This document shows, piece after piece, positions 23,273 through 35,593 of a stretch of 64,000 bases of DNA. Position 1 is the first letter of the stretch; the number at the start of each line of letters is the position of its first letter. Made by a program: the position numbers and the translations under genes. Origin of the DNA: Balanoglossus misakiensis (Eukaryota; Animalia; Hemichordata); contig CM082598.2 of assembly GCA_040954595.2 (NCBI GenBank), positions 3,417,154-3,481,153 of the forward strand. Direction: 5' to 3'. The notes beneath the pieces are model-generated. The model was not told the DNA's origin. It was given only the letters and a program-made list of their open reading frames with translations, and ran no database searches.

Positions 23273-24988
23273 GATAAAATACATTCATTGTTTGATACAA
23301 GGGTCACATCCAGTCTGGCCACAGGGGTGCATCATGGGAGTTACAACACCAAGACAACTACTAGGATCCTTCACACATCAAGTTTGCTTTCAAATCTTGA
23401 CAAGTCTGTATTTCTGTTTTTACACATATCAAAAACTTTGTACATTTCTTGCATTCAGAATTTCCCATACCTGCTTAATATATACAGTAGATACAGTTAT
23501 AAATTTCAATACAGTCACAGATAGAGTTTCTACAACTATTAAACAGAATAAATATGGCCGTTTGTATAAAAAAAGAAATTTGGAATCATCATTAATGACC
23601 TTTCTATGTACTCCATGTGTTATGCCATAAATTTATTTCTTGTTTTAGTGTTAGTTTGTTTGGCGTGACAATGCAAACTTTTGGCACTGTACCATTGCTC
23701 AAATATTCCACTTCCGGTCACCAGATTTGCATGGGTGTATTCCGATCTCGTTGCACGACCAGATTACCCAGACAGCCTCACGGCCAACAGTACTTTGCCA
23801 TGTGTCGGACAATCCAGATGACTTCCTGAAAAGGTGCTCTTAATACAGCACACAATATTTCAGAGTGATCTCTCCCCAACAAAGACAGCATGCAAACTAG
23901 GGCCAGGTCTCCCAGCAAAGGGAAAGTTGAGCAAATTTCCATGCTTTGAAATTATAACGAGAATCAGTATTGGATGTTTGTTTTTTTTCTCCAAAAGCAA
24001 AGCATGAAAAACATCAAAACTTTCACTTTCCAAGATGTGCACTGTTAACTTGCTTACTACGTTTAACATAGAAAGAAGTGATTTTAATAAACTGCATGTT
24101 CTTACCATGGAAACAGAAAAAGAGGAAAACAGAATAAAAAGACTGGTGGTGTTATCTGACCAGAAAGAATTGTTGGCAATGACAATCTATTATCACAGGA
24201 TATGATAAAAATTTGGCTTCTTCTTGGCACTGTAAACGACTGTACATAAATACAGTTGTACTTTGAGAGAATTTTGTACATGTTGGTCAAAATTACACGA
24301 TTCACACAACATTCAGAGAAAAAAAATGAAATGTAGGAAGTGTTCAAGTTCTATTAAGTTTGGCCAGACCTGAACTTCCACTTTTTTGGCCTACCCTCTC
24401 TCAACAATGGTACCCATATGTGTTCCATTGAACTATGGACAAATTCATGCAAAAAATTGCATATTTATATTAATTTGCATTTTCATGAGAAAGTGTGACA
24501 TGTGACCTAACGCATGCCAAATTTGGTAGTGGTTTTAATATTGCATACATGTATCTATACCAGATTGACTGAAGTGAGACAAGTCACATATTTGATCATG
24601 GAATTTTGCTCACAGGAGTAAATATTGTGCTTCTTTTTTTTATATTTTAAAAACATTTTCCAAATTTTTGGCTTAAAATTTTCATAACCCTCGTCAAAGG
24701 GTGCTATATACAACATTTTGTGAAAAATAGTTGCCATTTTCTTATTATTTACAGTTATAGGCAACTATTATCAGTATGATACAATTTCATACATGTTAGT
24801 AGCATAATTCTAACTCTTGAGAATTTGGCAAACAATATCACAAGTTAGTCTTACAGAGGTGAACTATGCAAGAAGTGTGCTAGATTATTCCATTTTCAGT
24901 GCAGGGATTTTCTCAGCAGTGATTTACATGGTTAGTGCAGTGGGATGTTCCATTACTGCTACAGGGGTGGCTGGTGGAGTCTTCTATT

Positions 24989-27900
24989 TTACACTGGGGG
25001 TGTTTGCATAGGCGGTGGGTCTGTTGCCGGCAGCATGGAATGATCGGCTGTCGGTGCCGGGGTCATTGGCTGAGACATTGAAAAGTACTGCGTCGGAGGA
25101 GTTTGCGGAATATTCATGGAAAACTCGGCGCTCTTGGGTTGGAAGTTTCTCCTGATGTCGAACAGCTCCGCCGCAGTCAGTTTCTGTGAAGCGAGTTACG
25201 GAAATTCTTTCTTTTTGGTTTTGGAGAAAATATCACAAAGAAGTTGTTTAGGCCACAAATATATGAAGGAGTAAACATTTGGACAGACAGAAAATAACTC
25301 CAATTTGAAGAAACAATAGCAGAGGCTTTGGAACGTACAGCCACTGACTTTTATGATGTGAGCATGAAAGAATTCAGCAGCAGTTTTGGAGAAAAGAAAT
25401 CCTTTACTGGCAGTAATCTCTCTTGCATTTGATGGCATGGTTGTATGACTGCATTTTCACCTGCCATAACAATACTGATATTTTTTATATGGTACACACA
25501 CTTAATGATACTAGACCACAGATTGTCGGTCATTGTACTGAAAGGATACGTTTTTGTCTGGTAGAGGTGGCAACTGAAACATAGAGGGCGGTTGTGTCAG
25601 CCTGAGTGTACCAAGTGAACCTGGAATGAACAAAAGGATATAAAATAATTGCCATATGGGGCGCTTTTCATAATTTCTTCCAAATGTCAATAAATCTCAG
25701 GAGAAGTTACTGAAAGGAGTAGCTTAACGTGTAATTCTGTGTTTAACCCTTTCACCACCATGGTTCAGTCCAAACCCATTGTTTTCTATGGTAAGGTTGG
25801 ACCTCTAAAGAGGGAACCAGGGGTGGAAGGGGTTAAACTGTACGACCCTGTGAAACCACTGATATGGGTAAAAGGCAAAGTGTATATGTACCTGATGGAT
25901 GGAAATATTGATGAGCTCGGGGGTTGTAAAGTTGTCCTGTTCTGCTGGGCATAAACACAGCTGGAAGACATACATCTAGCAAGAAGAGAAATTGCAAATT
26001 ATAGAATCAAATTTATTTATTGATAAAACTGCATTGTGATGTCCACTGTAGTGATAACACTATTGGCTATAACACCAATGAAAGTTCACATATACCTCAA
26101 AACCCTTCACATCACCCTTGAATCAACCAATCAGAAGTAACCTTGCTTGACCTATTCACATCACCCGTGAATCAACCAATCAGAAGTAACCTTGCTTGAC
26201 ATATTCACATCACCCGTGAATCAACCAATCAGAAGTAACCTTGCTTGACCCATCAACAACACCCTTGAATCAACCAATCAGAAACAACCTTGCTAGACTT
26301 GTTCACATCACCCTCCATTTACCTTCTGAGGGGTCTGATCCGATTGGCGCATCACCAGCACTGTGCGCCAACCTATACTGGCCTGCTAGCTGTCTCTCAA
26401 TGTGTTCCTGTATCTCCGACTGGGTTCTCTCGATCAGGGCTCTCTGGTTTTTCACTTTGTCCTCTTGGTAAATTCTCATCCTGTCAAAGAACTGCCAGGG
26501 AGAAGGGGGCAAGGTGAGAGGTGATAGGTCAAAAGGTCATCATGCAGGATGCGTTACCCAAAACTGTTCTCACTTCGTGCTGATATGTACAAGTAAATAA
26601 GCACATACAACCTACAGCTTTTTGAACAGTTTGAATAAAGTCCTATCGAATCATGTTGGCCAAAATGATATAATTTTTCTTTCCATTAACAATTAACACA
26701 TCACATACGGTAAACCAAATTGATCCCATACTTACATCTCTGGGTAGATCACTCCCCCATTTAGGTAAAGGATAGCCAACTCTTCCCTTGGGTTTCAGTT
26801 TGATCTCTTGCGGTGCTCTGTAAGAATAAGACAGGCGTTTTAGTCTACATAACTTTCCTCTCCCTGTCTGTCTATCATTCTTTGTTCATCTCTGTCTCTC
26901 TGTGTCTGTGCGTGTCTGCTCTCCTGTCTGTCTTTGTATTTGTCTGTCTGTACTCAGTATGTGTGTTTTTGTCTCCGTCAGCAAGATTTTTGTTCTTTTT
27001 TTCTGCCAATAATTAGTGTAACTTCCTCTTCTAACCATTTATGTCTGTTCCCGTATTTATGTTTCTGTCTCTGTCCATCTGGTCTAATCTATCCATCTGT
27101 CTATCCATTCGCCGTCCACTCATCTATCCGTACTCACCATCTGCTTATATACCTGTTATCTATCTGTCTATTTAAACTCACTCAGTGTTTTTGCTAAGGT
27201 TGGGGAACATTGGTAATGGATTTGGGAACCCTGGTAACATTTCTACAACTCCCTAATATACCCAGGGGAACCCCAGTAAAATGACTGGGGAACTCAGATA
27301 GATTTTACCTAGGTACCGCCCTTCACAAAAACACTGGTCACTTACTTGCTAGTGCTATCTTTCTTGCCAGGAGGTGGCTTGGGACTCTGCAGAATTCTAT
27401 CTGGAGACTGTGCATACCATCCATCCAGTGGCGACTGACTTTTCATACCTCGTTTACCTGCACATAGAACAGTAACAACATAAAATACATTTACACCATG
27501 AAAAATAAAGTACACAAATTCATCCGATTTCTGACTCTGTCTACATTATTCGCGCCACAACGTACCTTCAGCTGATCTGGGTACCTGTATGTGTTCACTG
27601 GCGTCGTCATGGACGCCAGTCGGGATAACGGTCACACCCACCCCAGAGGTCAGCGCTGCAATCTGAGCTTCCTGGACTTCTTGCAGACTCCGAGCCAGGT
27701 CATTCATCCTGGTCCTGAAATCAAGAAATAAATTGGAATAGTGGAAGTCACCCTCTGACCACCATGGTTAAGTCCACACCACCAGTGATGAACCTGATAC
27801 TTACTCATATTCATCTTGTAAAACTTGCATTTCGACCGTGTGTTGGTGTTTTAACGCCTCCACTTCTTCCATAGTCATCATGTTCTACAACAGAATGCAA

Positions 27901-30900
27901 AGACAGTCAAACTTGACAGATTTTGTCCGAAGGAAAACTTTTAAGTAAAAAAAAAAATTTCCTCCATATATCAGCTGATGAACCCCAATATTTACATATT
28001 GATTGATTGATCACCTGTTTACTTGATGTACTGGTTGCTGAACGGATGGACATTGCGGACAGACACCTGTCTTCGTACGGACCACGCTGCAGAAATGTCT
28101 GAATATCATCCAAGTCCACTCGCTCAACATCAATGCCTGTTTCCTCCTTAATGATCTCGTACAGGCTTGCTGTTTCTGTATACATGAAGTAGAAATAAAC
28201 CTGAATGCATAGTTCAAGACTGAATTCTTCTCAGGACAATCAGGAGAAAATCTTACATGTAAGCAAGTAAGTTATCCAAGATGCAGAAGAATACATGTAC
28301 TGATTTTTTATAGGTGTCAGATGCACCTTGGCGCACACAAACCTATGTGCGTGAAGCAACTATAGAAGTATGCATGGTCCTACATGTATGTACACACTCA
28401 GACGAACTCACGTGTATTTGCTTGTATTGCTATCATGTGACTTACTCCATGTCGCTTGTCCGTAGACCCCAGCAATAGTCTGTATGCTACATTTTATTTT
28501 GGCGTAGGCCTACTGAACTACGAAAAAGCAATACCATAATGTGAGAACTGACCTGTGTCCTTGTCAAGTGTTCTGGGCCGGAGTTTTCGCGTGTAGTAGA
28601 AAGACAATGGAATCTTGCTGGCTTTTTGTTGATCTCTCTTGGTCGGTTTCAAGGAATTGAGAGGAAACGGTGTTATCTCTAACTCCCCAACTTCGCTGTC
28701 GATGTCATGAGTTGGAATCTCCTGATTGAACAAAGAAAACCAGAATTTTTTTAATTTTTGTTCAGCTCACTATAAAACAGACTGGCTGCTATAGACAGGT
28801 TTCACTGTATATGATTTGACAACTTACCAGGGTTTCTAGATCAAATCTGTCTATGGTAGTCATCGCGAGCATTTCTTCGAACTGACCATGGTGGACTGCG
28901 ATGCCGAGGTTATCGTCTGGAGTGCCTGCTGGTGTCTCTAGTCCTGATCCGACATCTGGCAACGAGAATGTGATCAGCTGATATCTGGAATAAGAAGCAA
29001 GAGTCAGTACTACATGAGATGTCAGTTCTTCATAAAACAGAAACACTACAGTCAGTGTCTTGTGTGGTGACTTAACTGGTCATAAACAATATTAACACCA
29101 TCTAGTATAAGTGCCATATTTAGTAAATTGATCCCTATAGTGGCATAGGCCTGAAACTCAACAGATATAGACGCACTACAATATGGATTTACCATTGTAT
29201 TAGGTGGACTACCAGCCATTGCTCATGGGCTAGCAACTTTAGAAAATGGTAGCCCACTGTGCCTACCAAGAAAAAAAACAAATTTCGACTTACTTCTCTG
29301 GATCTGTAGTTTCTATCTGTAATATTTTAGCATCTTCTTTCTCATTGGTTTTACCACCTGGTTGTGTCTTCCCCTTACTGCCAATCATAGTCTTGCTTTT
29401 CTGGTCACTTGTTTTCTCCTCTTTCTCAGTTTCCTTGTCATCTGCGACAAAGTGAGAAAAATATCCAAATGTTTTGATCAGTTACAGGCATATATGGATG
29501 TGCCATAATTATCTTTAAAATCATGATATTATGAGATAAATCTTGATAGAATTTGAACGGATTATACCAGTCAAAATACCAATCAAAATAACTGTCTGAG
29601 ATGGTTATGTGACTGGCTATCGAGTTTGCGAAATTGTCACAATGCAATGCATTTCACAGTACTGCACGGTTCATAATATTGCCAATAGTTTTTCATGGTC
29701 ATAAACATTTTATGATATGGTGCAAATTTCTCGGAGTGTAAGAACCCTGGACTCAATAACTCAGTCCGGTGGAAGCAGTTTTCTGTGCTCATCTCCATGG
29801 CAACAACATCCAATCCAGAATCGGGCACTCACCCTTTTCTTCCTCGATGTCTTCGAACGAGTCCGTCTTCTTCATGATTTTGCCGAACGACAGCATGCAG
29901 CGGATGCCGCTCTGAGGCAACTGGAGAGGCCGGTACACCCGGACGTTGAGGAATTTGTCGAATTCCGGCTCGTGTGTCCATATCTCCTTGTCTTCCATGG
30001 GGGGCTTGGGAGCCGGAAGATAGACCGGTTCACCTTTGACCCCTTTGGCGCCGCCGTCAGTCCTCTCCTGAAATGTCACTTTCTGAAATATAAAAATTGA
30101 CATTTTACAGTAAAGATCCAGTGTTCCCTTTCTCCTTGCTAACATTGGGCTAACAAAGGTTTGGCCAAGTTTAGCTGAATGCCAATACTTGGTGCTATTT
30201 TCATTCAGCCTACTGTAACTGTGCTACTGATGTAGATAGTAGCTGGTCACATGTCAAAACGAAAATCTGAACTCACCATGATGTCGCCATTTATAATGAT
30301 TCCAACCCCCATGGAAACAAACATATAAATGAGAAAATTCTATGTGCCTTGACCGGCTGTTCTGCCTGTTACAAAACTTCTACATCATAGCTATGCTAGT
30401 GTATAGTGGTTGGCAAGTCAGCAACACGGCAACGGGTATATAATTTCTCCTGCCACTATACCTTGCTTGGTGACGCTGGGATGTCACCCTCCCCTCCATC
30501 CACATGCCGTCCCTCCCCCTCCTCCTCGTCTTCATCCTCCTCCTCACTGCTTTCCAGTTGGCTGTCGTCGTGCACCCCTTTGGTGGGTTGCGGAGTTTCC
30601 GACCCCTCAGAATCGCTGCTCAGGTCAAGTTCATCCTACGAAGACATCACATGGCAAAAACAATCACAGTAAGTCATAAAATATAGTGAAACTGTAAACT
30701 CACCTGTTGAGTTTACTTTTGACATAGTGGTGTACATTAAAACCTGTCAAAACTGTCACCTAAAGGGACTGACAAAATTGTTCGGTTTGCAGTGATGTCT
30801 GGTTTATAGAGGTTCTTTTTACATGTGATGCTATGTCAAAGGGACGGGGTAAAGGTGTTCTGTATAGACAGGTTTTCAGATTAGACAAGATTTAGTTTGG

Positions 30901-33204
30901 ACAGGTTTGACTGTACTTTTACTTAAACAACGTTACTTAGTGACTACAGACAAAGGATTGGACACGTGGACAATTGGTGGCATCACTGACTCTATATCAA
31001 TGTCGCATTTCTACTTACAGAACTAATTTTGAAATCTTCCGTTGTAGACTGCGTCACGATACTTTGTATTTCTTTCTTTTCCTCTTCTGTTTCTGAATCA
31101 CTCTGCTCTTCTTTGTCCATGTTATCAATGTACTGCTGTAAATATTCTAATCTGTTGATAACAAACAGGAAGAATGTGTTTTGTTTCCTTTCGACACAAG
31201 ACATACATGTACATCCACATGCAAAAGCACATGGCCCACATGCCCACAGGCTTTTTGTTTAAGGGAAACTACTTTTTTAAATAGTTACTTAGTTTGTGTG
31301 GAGCAGCATTGTGTTAAACTTACCCCATTTTGGCTTTCTGTCGGAACGTCTCAATCAGAAACTTCCATCGCCTGCCGTGACCCCGCGAACTTGTCAGTTT
31401 GGCAAATAATTTCTCCCAGTTCATGATTCGTTTTTCCTTTTCTATCCTTTTAGACTTAAGTTATGGACAAAAAATACAGACAATTAATAATTGAGAAACT
31501 TTACAGTGCGTGCATCTTGTTGGCTTAGGGAGCACGCTGGACCTAAAATAACAATTTTGAAAAGACAGTAATATTGCAGCCTGACTTACATGTGTGTCTA
31601 CCAACTGTAGTCTTCTTATTGCAATGTTTAGCTGTTTGTGTTTGCTTTCGTAGTCTGAGTGTAGTTTCTTGAGGGCAGCACTCTTTTCTTCCCAGGGTAC
31701 AGAGTAGACCTTGACAAGCCTTACCAGCTCGCCCACTGGTGTGTTCAAGTCTGTTGTACTGTGAGCAAAAATGAAGAGTTTATGCAAGGAGGCATCATAA
31801 AGCAGTGGCCACAGTTTGAAATAAGGATACACTGATAACATCTGAGTTACAAATTTAACCTTGCCAGAAACTTTTGTGGTTTGTTTATTTGTTTGTTTTT
31901 ATATGCTAATTTGTTTGTGTGTCCATTTACCATTACAGAGCCTTACCTTCTGTATATCTTGCCAGCAACCATGGTGAGTTTGGCCAGCAATGCCGGTGGC
32001 AGGGCATGTTTCAGTAGCTCATCTTTCACATCAAGAAACTATTGATAACAACCAGAATAAGCCACATGTTATATTATAGGACATACATGTATGGGTGGTA
32101 ACAGTGTTACTTGTTCTCCGCATTCAATATTTTTTTGAGAGATATGTCTAATCAAGTTGGCAAATTTCCTTTGTGATAAAGATCACTTCACAAGGTCCAG
32201 GAAAGAGAGACCTCTGCTGCAGTTATGAATCACAGGAGAGCTTTAGTAATCATGTGATCACTTTAAGCAATTTCGGGATTAGAAAAACTAGGGAACTCTA
32301 TACTAAATGTAATCAACATGTAAAACAAGTTACCTCAGCTAGCGAGTTATTCACTAATGCTATACTGTTCAGCACACCGTCGCACAACATGTCAAACTTA
32401 TTCTGCTCTTCCTGTTGTCTTTGGCGAATAAATTCTTCTTCACTGTCATACTGCGAAACAAACACAAACAAAATCCAGACATCAGATCAACAAATAAACA
32501 GTAGTGTGACTTGAAGGTCTTCAGAAAATGGAAGTTTGCTGGGGTTTTTTTCACTATCTGTAATCATGTACATGTACCTGTTGTCAACGTAACCATGACA
32601 ACCTACCTCATCTTCATCATCACTTTCATCACCGCTGCCTCCGCCAACAATTTCATCATCTTCTTCACCGAGTGGATCTAACTGTCCAAGACGTTTACCA
32701 GAACCTAAGGAAAACATACCATGTATCTTCACTGAGATTCGAGTGACGGTATTAGACAGAACATGGGTTGACCTCCTCGCGTTGATCAAGTGCTCTCCCT
32801 CTCAGCCCCCCCCCCCCCCCCAATATCCATGATCGGTCCGAGATATTTACAATGTATCTTACAACCCCAAACTCAGGCAAAGCTCTACAACTACATAGAG
32901 CTCGACAGAGACTTATGAAGATGTTGGAAAATAGAGTAGAGAATAGTTACAAGTCTCGTTTTACAAGGAGATAACAGAGCTCGATATTAGCACCACAAAT
33001 GCTGGATGACCAGACCATCCATCACAATCGATTATCACAACGCCAATTTTTATTGAAATGTACACAGCCAGGACGGGGGCGTATGGGCGCCGCCATGTTT
33101 GTTTACGTCGTGAACGAGTGGTCAGCAGTAGTTTTAATCCCTTTTTGGCCAAACTTTGATAACTTACCTGACCCATCGGATCCCCCGTTTTCTCTTGCAG
33201 CCAT
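24989..33204 (-). CDS. Uncharacterised multi-exon protein (acidic N-terminus, helical/coiled-coil block, possible C2-like beta domain, Pro-rich C-terminus)
   Basis: About 21 GT-AG exons, approx.: 33168-33204 (MAARENGGSDGS), 32607-32704, 32334-32450, 31947-32038, 31590-31758 (LVRLVKVYSVPWEEKSAALKKLHSDYE), 31324-31454 (MNWEKLFAKLTSSRGHGRRWKFLIETF), 31019-31151, 30462-30635, 29833-30082 (FLNVRVYRP...RCMLSFG), 29294-29442, 28828-28984, 28553-28722, 28014-28175, 27801-27884, 27566-27714, 27346-27457, 26735-26817, 26323-26491, 25892-25975 (VCLPAVFMP...YNPRAHQYFHPSG), 25550-25620 (RLTQPPSMFQLPPLP), 24989-25183 (ends QTPPV-stop). Family not recognised. Confidence 0.85.
25184..25549 (-). other. Putative U12-type (minor spliceosome) GT-AG intron
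   Basis: 5' splice site GTATCCTTT; branch-like TTTCCGTAAC followed by only TCGCTTCACAG before the last exon; frame continuous across the junction (PDKN|KLTAAELF). Confidence 0.75.
25743..25837. mobile_element. piggyBac-like ~90-bp MITE, family A (best-preserved copy)
   Basis: TTAACCCTTTCACCACCATGGTTCAGTCC...GGGGTGGAAGGGGTTAA. Confidence 0.8.
26106..26313. repeat. 49-bp minisatellite, about 4.2 copies, intronic; each unit carries CCAATCAG
   Basis: Unit TTCACATCACCCGTGAATCAACCAATCAGAAGTAACCTTGCTTGACATA. Confidence 0.92.
27183..27336. mobile_element. Possible CAG-ended MITE
   Basis: CAGTGTTTTTG ... CAAAAACACTG inverted termini and internal GGGAAC reiterations; no clean target duplication. Confidence 0.45.
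30735..30913. mobile_element. pogo/Tigger-like MITE
   Basis: TA|CATTAAAACCTGTC ... GACAGGTTTGACTG|TA. Confidence 0.6.
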
Positions 33205-33521
33205 GGTTTACTGTTTTTCAGGAAGTGATCTCGGGAAAGGGAGGCTTTCAGTGGACGGACATAATAGACGCAACCAGTAACGATGCAGTTGCTAGGTTAT
33301 CTTTCCAATGGTAGCCGTTGGTGGCGCCTCAAAGACAATCCCGTGGAGGAAAGACATGGTGAACACTCAGACAGGTATGACGTCATTGCCAAAACAAATG
33401 GACGACAGGATTTTCTTGTGACTCTGACTGTACCGAGTTGCTTGGCTTATCACACGATAACAACGCTTTGGTGAAGGAAATTTGGTCGGTTTGAAACAAG
33501 TTTGAAAGATTATTTGGTCGG
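33205..33521. promoter_or_regulatory. Bidirectional promoter/5'UTR region between the uncharacterised gene and CHMP2A
   Basis: Head-to-head arrangement; ETS-like CAGGAAGTG (~33219), X-box-like GTTGCTAGGTTATC (33288-33301), perfect CRE TGACGTCA (33378-33385); donor GTAAGT at 33522 suggests a non-coding CHMP2A first exon. Confidence 0.6.
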
Positions 33522-34110
33522 GTAAGTGATCTAGAGTACTGTTTTCTGATACGGTGATATTAAATAACTGAAATAACGATGACACTGTTGACAGCAGACG
33601 CTCCTAGATTTGGTCACAAGTTGTTCGGGTGTGAGTCGAACTGTAGTAAGTGGAAAAAATCATAAACTTGAACCGTTATTATCCGCAGAAACTAGGTGTG
33701 AACGTTTAGTATTACAAATATTAGGCGCATGTAGAATTTATTGAACCCTGCGTCTTCTTGATAGAACAGTGGCGATGGTATATCTCTTCTGAAATTGACA
33801 GGGAAGTGACCTCCATAATACATGAAATGAACAAGGTGCTGAAACACAGCTTGAGCTGTTTGGGGGGGGGGGGGGGGGTAGTCTATCTATACAGGTTTGG
33901 TGGGGGAACCTGCGTAGACCCCCCCCCCCCCCAACACACACAAAAAGCTGTGTTTCCAATGCTGGACATGGACATGAAATATCTGCAGTTCAAGGAGGAT
34001 TTTATGAAAAGTGGTACACCCTCTTTTGAAAGTAGCACACAGACAAGAAATGTTAACTAAGTTCCCTTGTTATCCTTTTTTTTCAGATTTCACAGGAAGC
34101 TCCATCAAAA

Positions 34111-35593
34111 ATGCCTTTAGAGTGGTTATTTGGGAGGAGGAAGACTCCGGAGGAAATCCTGAAACAAAATCAGAGAGCGCTGAACAGAGCCATGAGAGAC
34201 TTGGACAGAGAAAGATCAAAAATGGAACAACAGGAGAAGAAAGTTATTGCTGATATCAAGAAAATGGCAAAGCTGGGACAAATGGTGAGTTTGAAGTTTA
34301 TTTATTTATTTGTGTTTATTTATTTGATCTGTGTGTTTAGGGAGTCTTGTTAGGGCTACTATACTAAAGATTGCAACTTCTCCCATCGAAATAGGACAAT
34401 TCAGCTGCAGCTTTTGTACTTTGTTTATTCTTTAGTAGTATGTATGATTGCCTTGCTTTTTTCTTGAATAATGGAATATTTTGAAACACCCGTCATAAGT
34501 TGAACAATTCATGACTACAGGATGCTGTGAAAATCATGGCCAAGGACTTGGTGAGGACGAGGAGATACGTGAAGAAATTCATCATGATGAGAGCAAATAT
34601 CCAGGCAGTATCGCTGAAAATACAGACACTCCGATCCAACAATGAAATGGCCAAGGCTATGAAGGGAGTGACTAAAGCCATGCAGACTATGAACAAACAG
34701 GTAAGGTCGTGTGTCCCTGCCAGGATTATGGTACAGTCTAAACCATAGACCCTTCCTCCAGGGTCTTGCACCTTGTACCTGAAAAATGTAGATTGAACAT
34801 GAGTGTTCACTAACCAATCTGCCTTCGTTTCAGTTGAAACTTCCACAGATCCAGAAAATCATGATGGAATTTGAGAAGCAATCCGAGATCATGGACATGA
34901 AGGAGGAAATGATGAACGATGCCATTGATGACGCCATGGGTGAAGATGACGATGAGGAGGAAAGGTGAGAGTGAACACTTACCATGGCAACCAATCAGTG
35001 TCGTCATAATATGCGTTAAACAGAAACTCATTGAAGAGCAGTGTTCGCAAATTCTTGACCATTTGGCTGTGCTGGAATAAAAGTCAGTGTAACTGTATTT
35101 ACAAACATTTCTATGATTCTGTGATAAATATTCTTTCAGCATCTTGACATCTCTTTTTTTCCATCTATTTATCTAGTGACGCTATTGTAGCACAGGTGTT
35201 AGATGAACTTGGCCTTCAGCTCACTGATGACCTTGCCGGTAAGTGCATGCATTTGTGTCAGTACACTCATTTTACCCACATATTCCCATAATTGTCATAA
35301 CAAGCAGAGATATGCAGTGGAGATCAGAACAAAGTTTTCAACCGGGTCAGCTCTGGGCTAACCCACAGTCAGCCCAGAACTGACCATGGATATGTCCTCA
35401 GTATGCTAACCATCTATCACATAGCGCTGCAATTATTGACAATGCACATCGGAAATTTTCTTTTCCAGAATTACCGGGAACGGGCGGCAAGCTCACAGTC
35501 TCTACAGGGGCGGCCAAACAACCACAAGCAGAAGCCATCAGTGACGCAGACGCTGACCTTCAAGCAAGGCTTGATAATTTACGCAGAGAATAG
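34111..35593 (+). CDS. CHMP2A: Charged multivesicular body protein 2A (ESCRT-III, Vps2)
   Basis: Exons 34111-34284 (EWLFGRRKTPEEILKQNQRALNRAMRDLDRER), 34521-34700 (IMAKDLVRTRRYVKKFIMMRANIQAVSLKIQ), 34834-34964 (LPQIQKIMMEFEKQSEIMDMKEEMM), 35177-35238, 35470-35593 (DADLQARLDNLRRE-stop, MIM1 motif). Confidence 0.98.

Noticed and set aside
24340-24800. AT-rich segment resembling a dispersed repeat downstream of the uncharacterised gene
   Set aside because: No termini, target duplication or second copy in the window to define it
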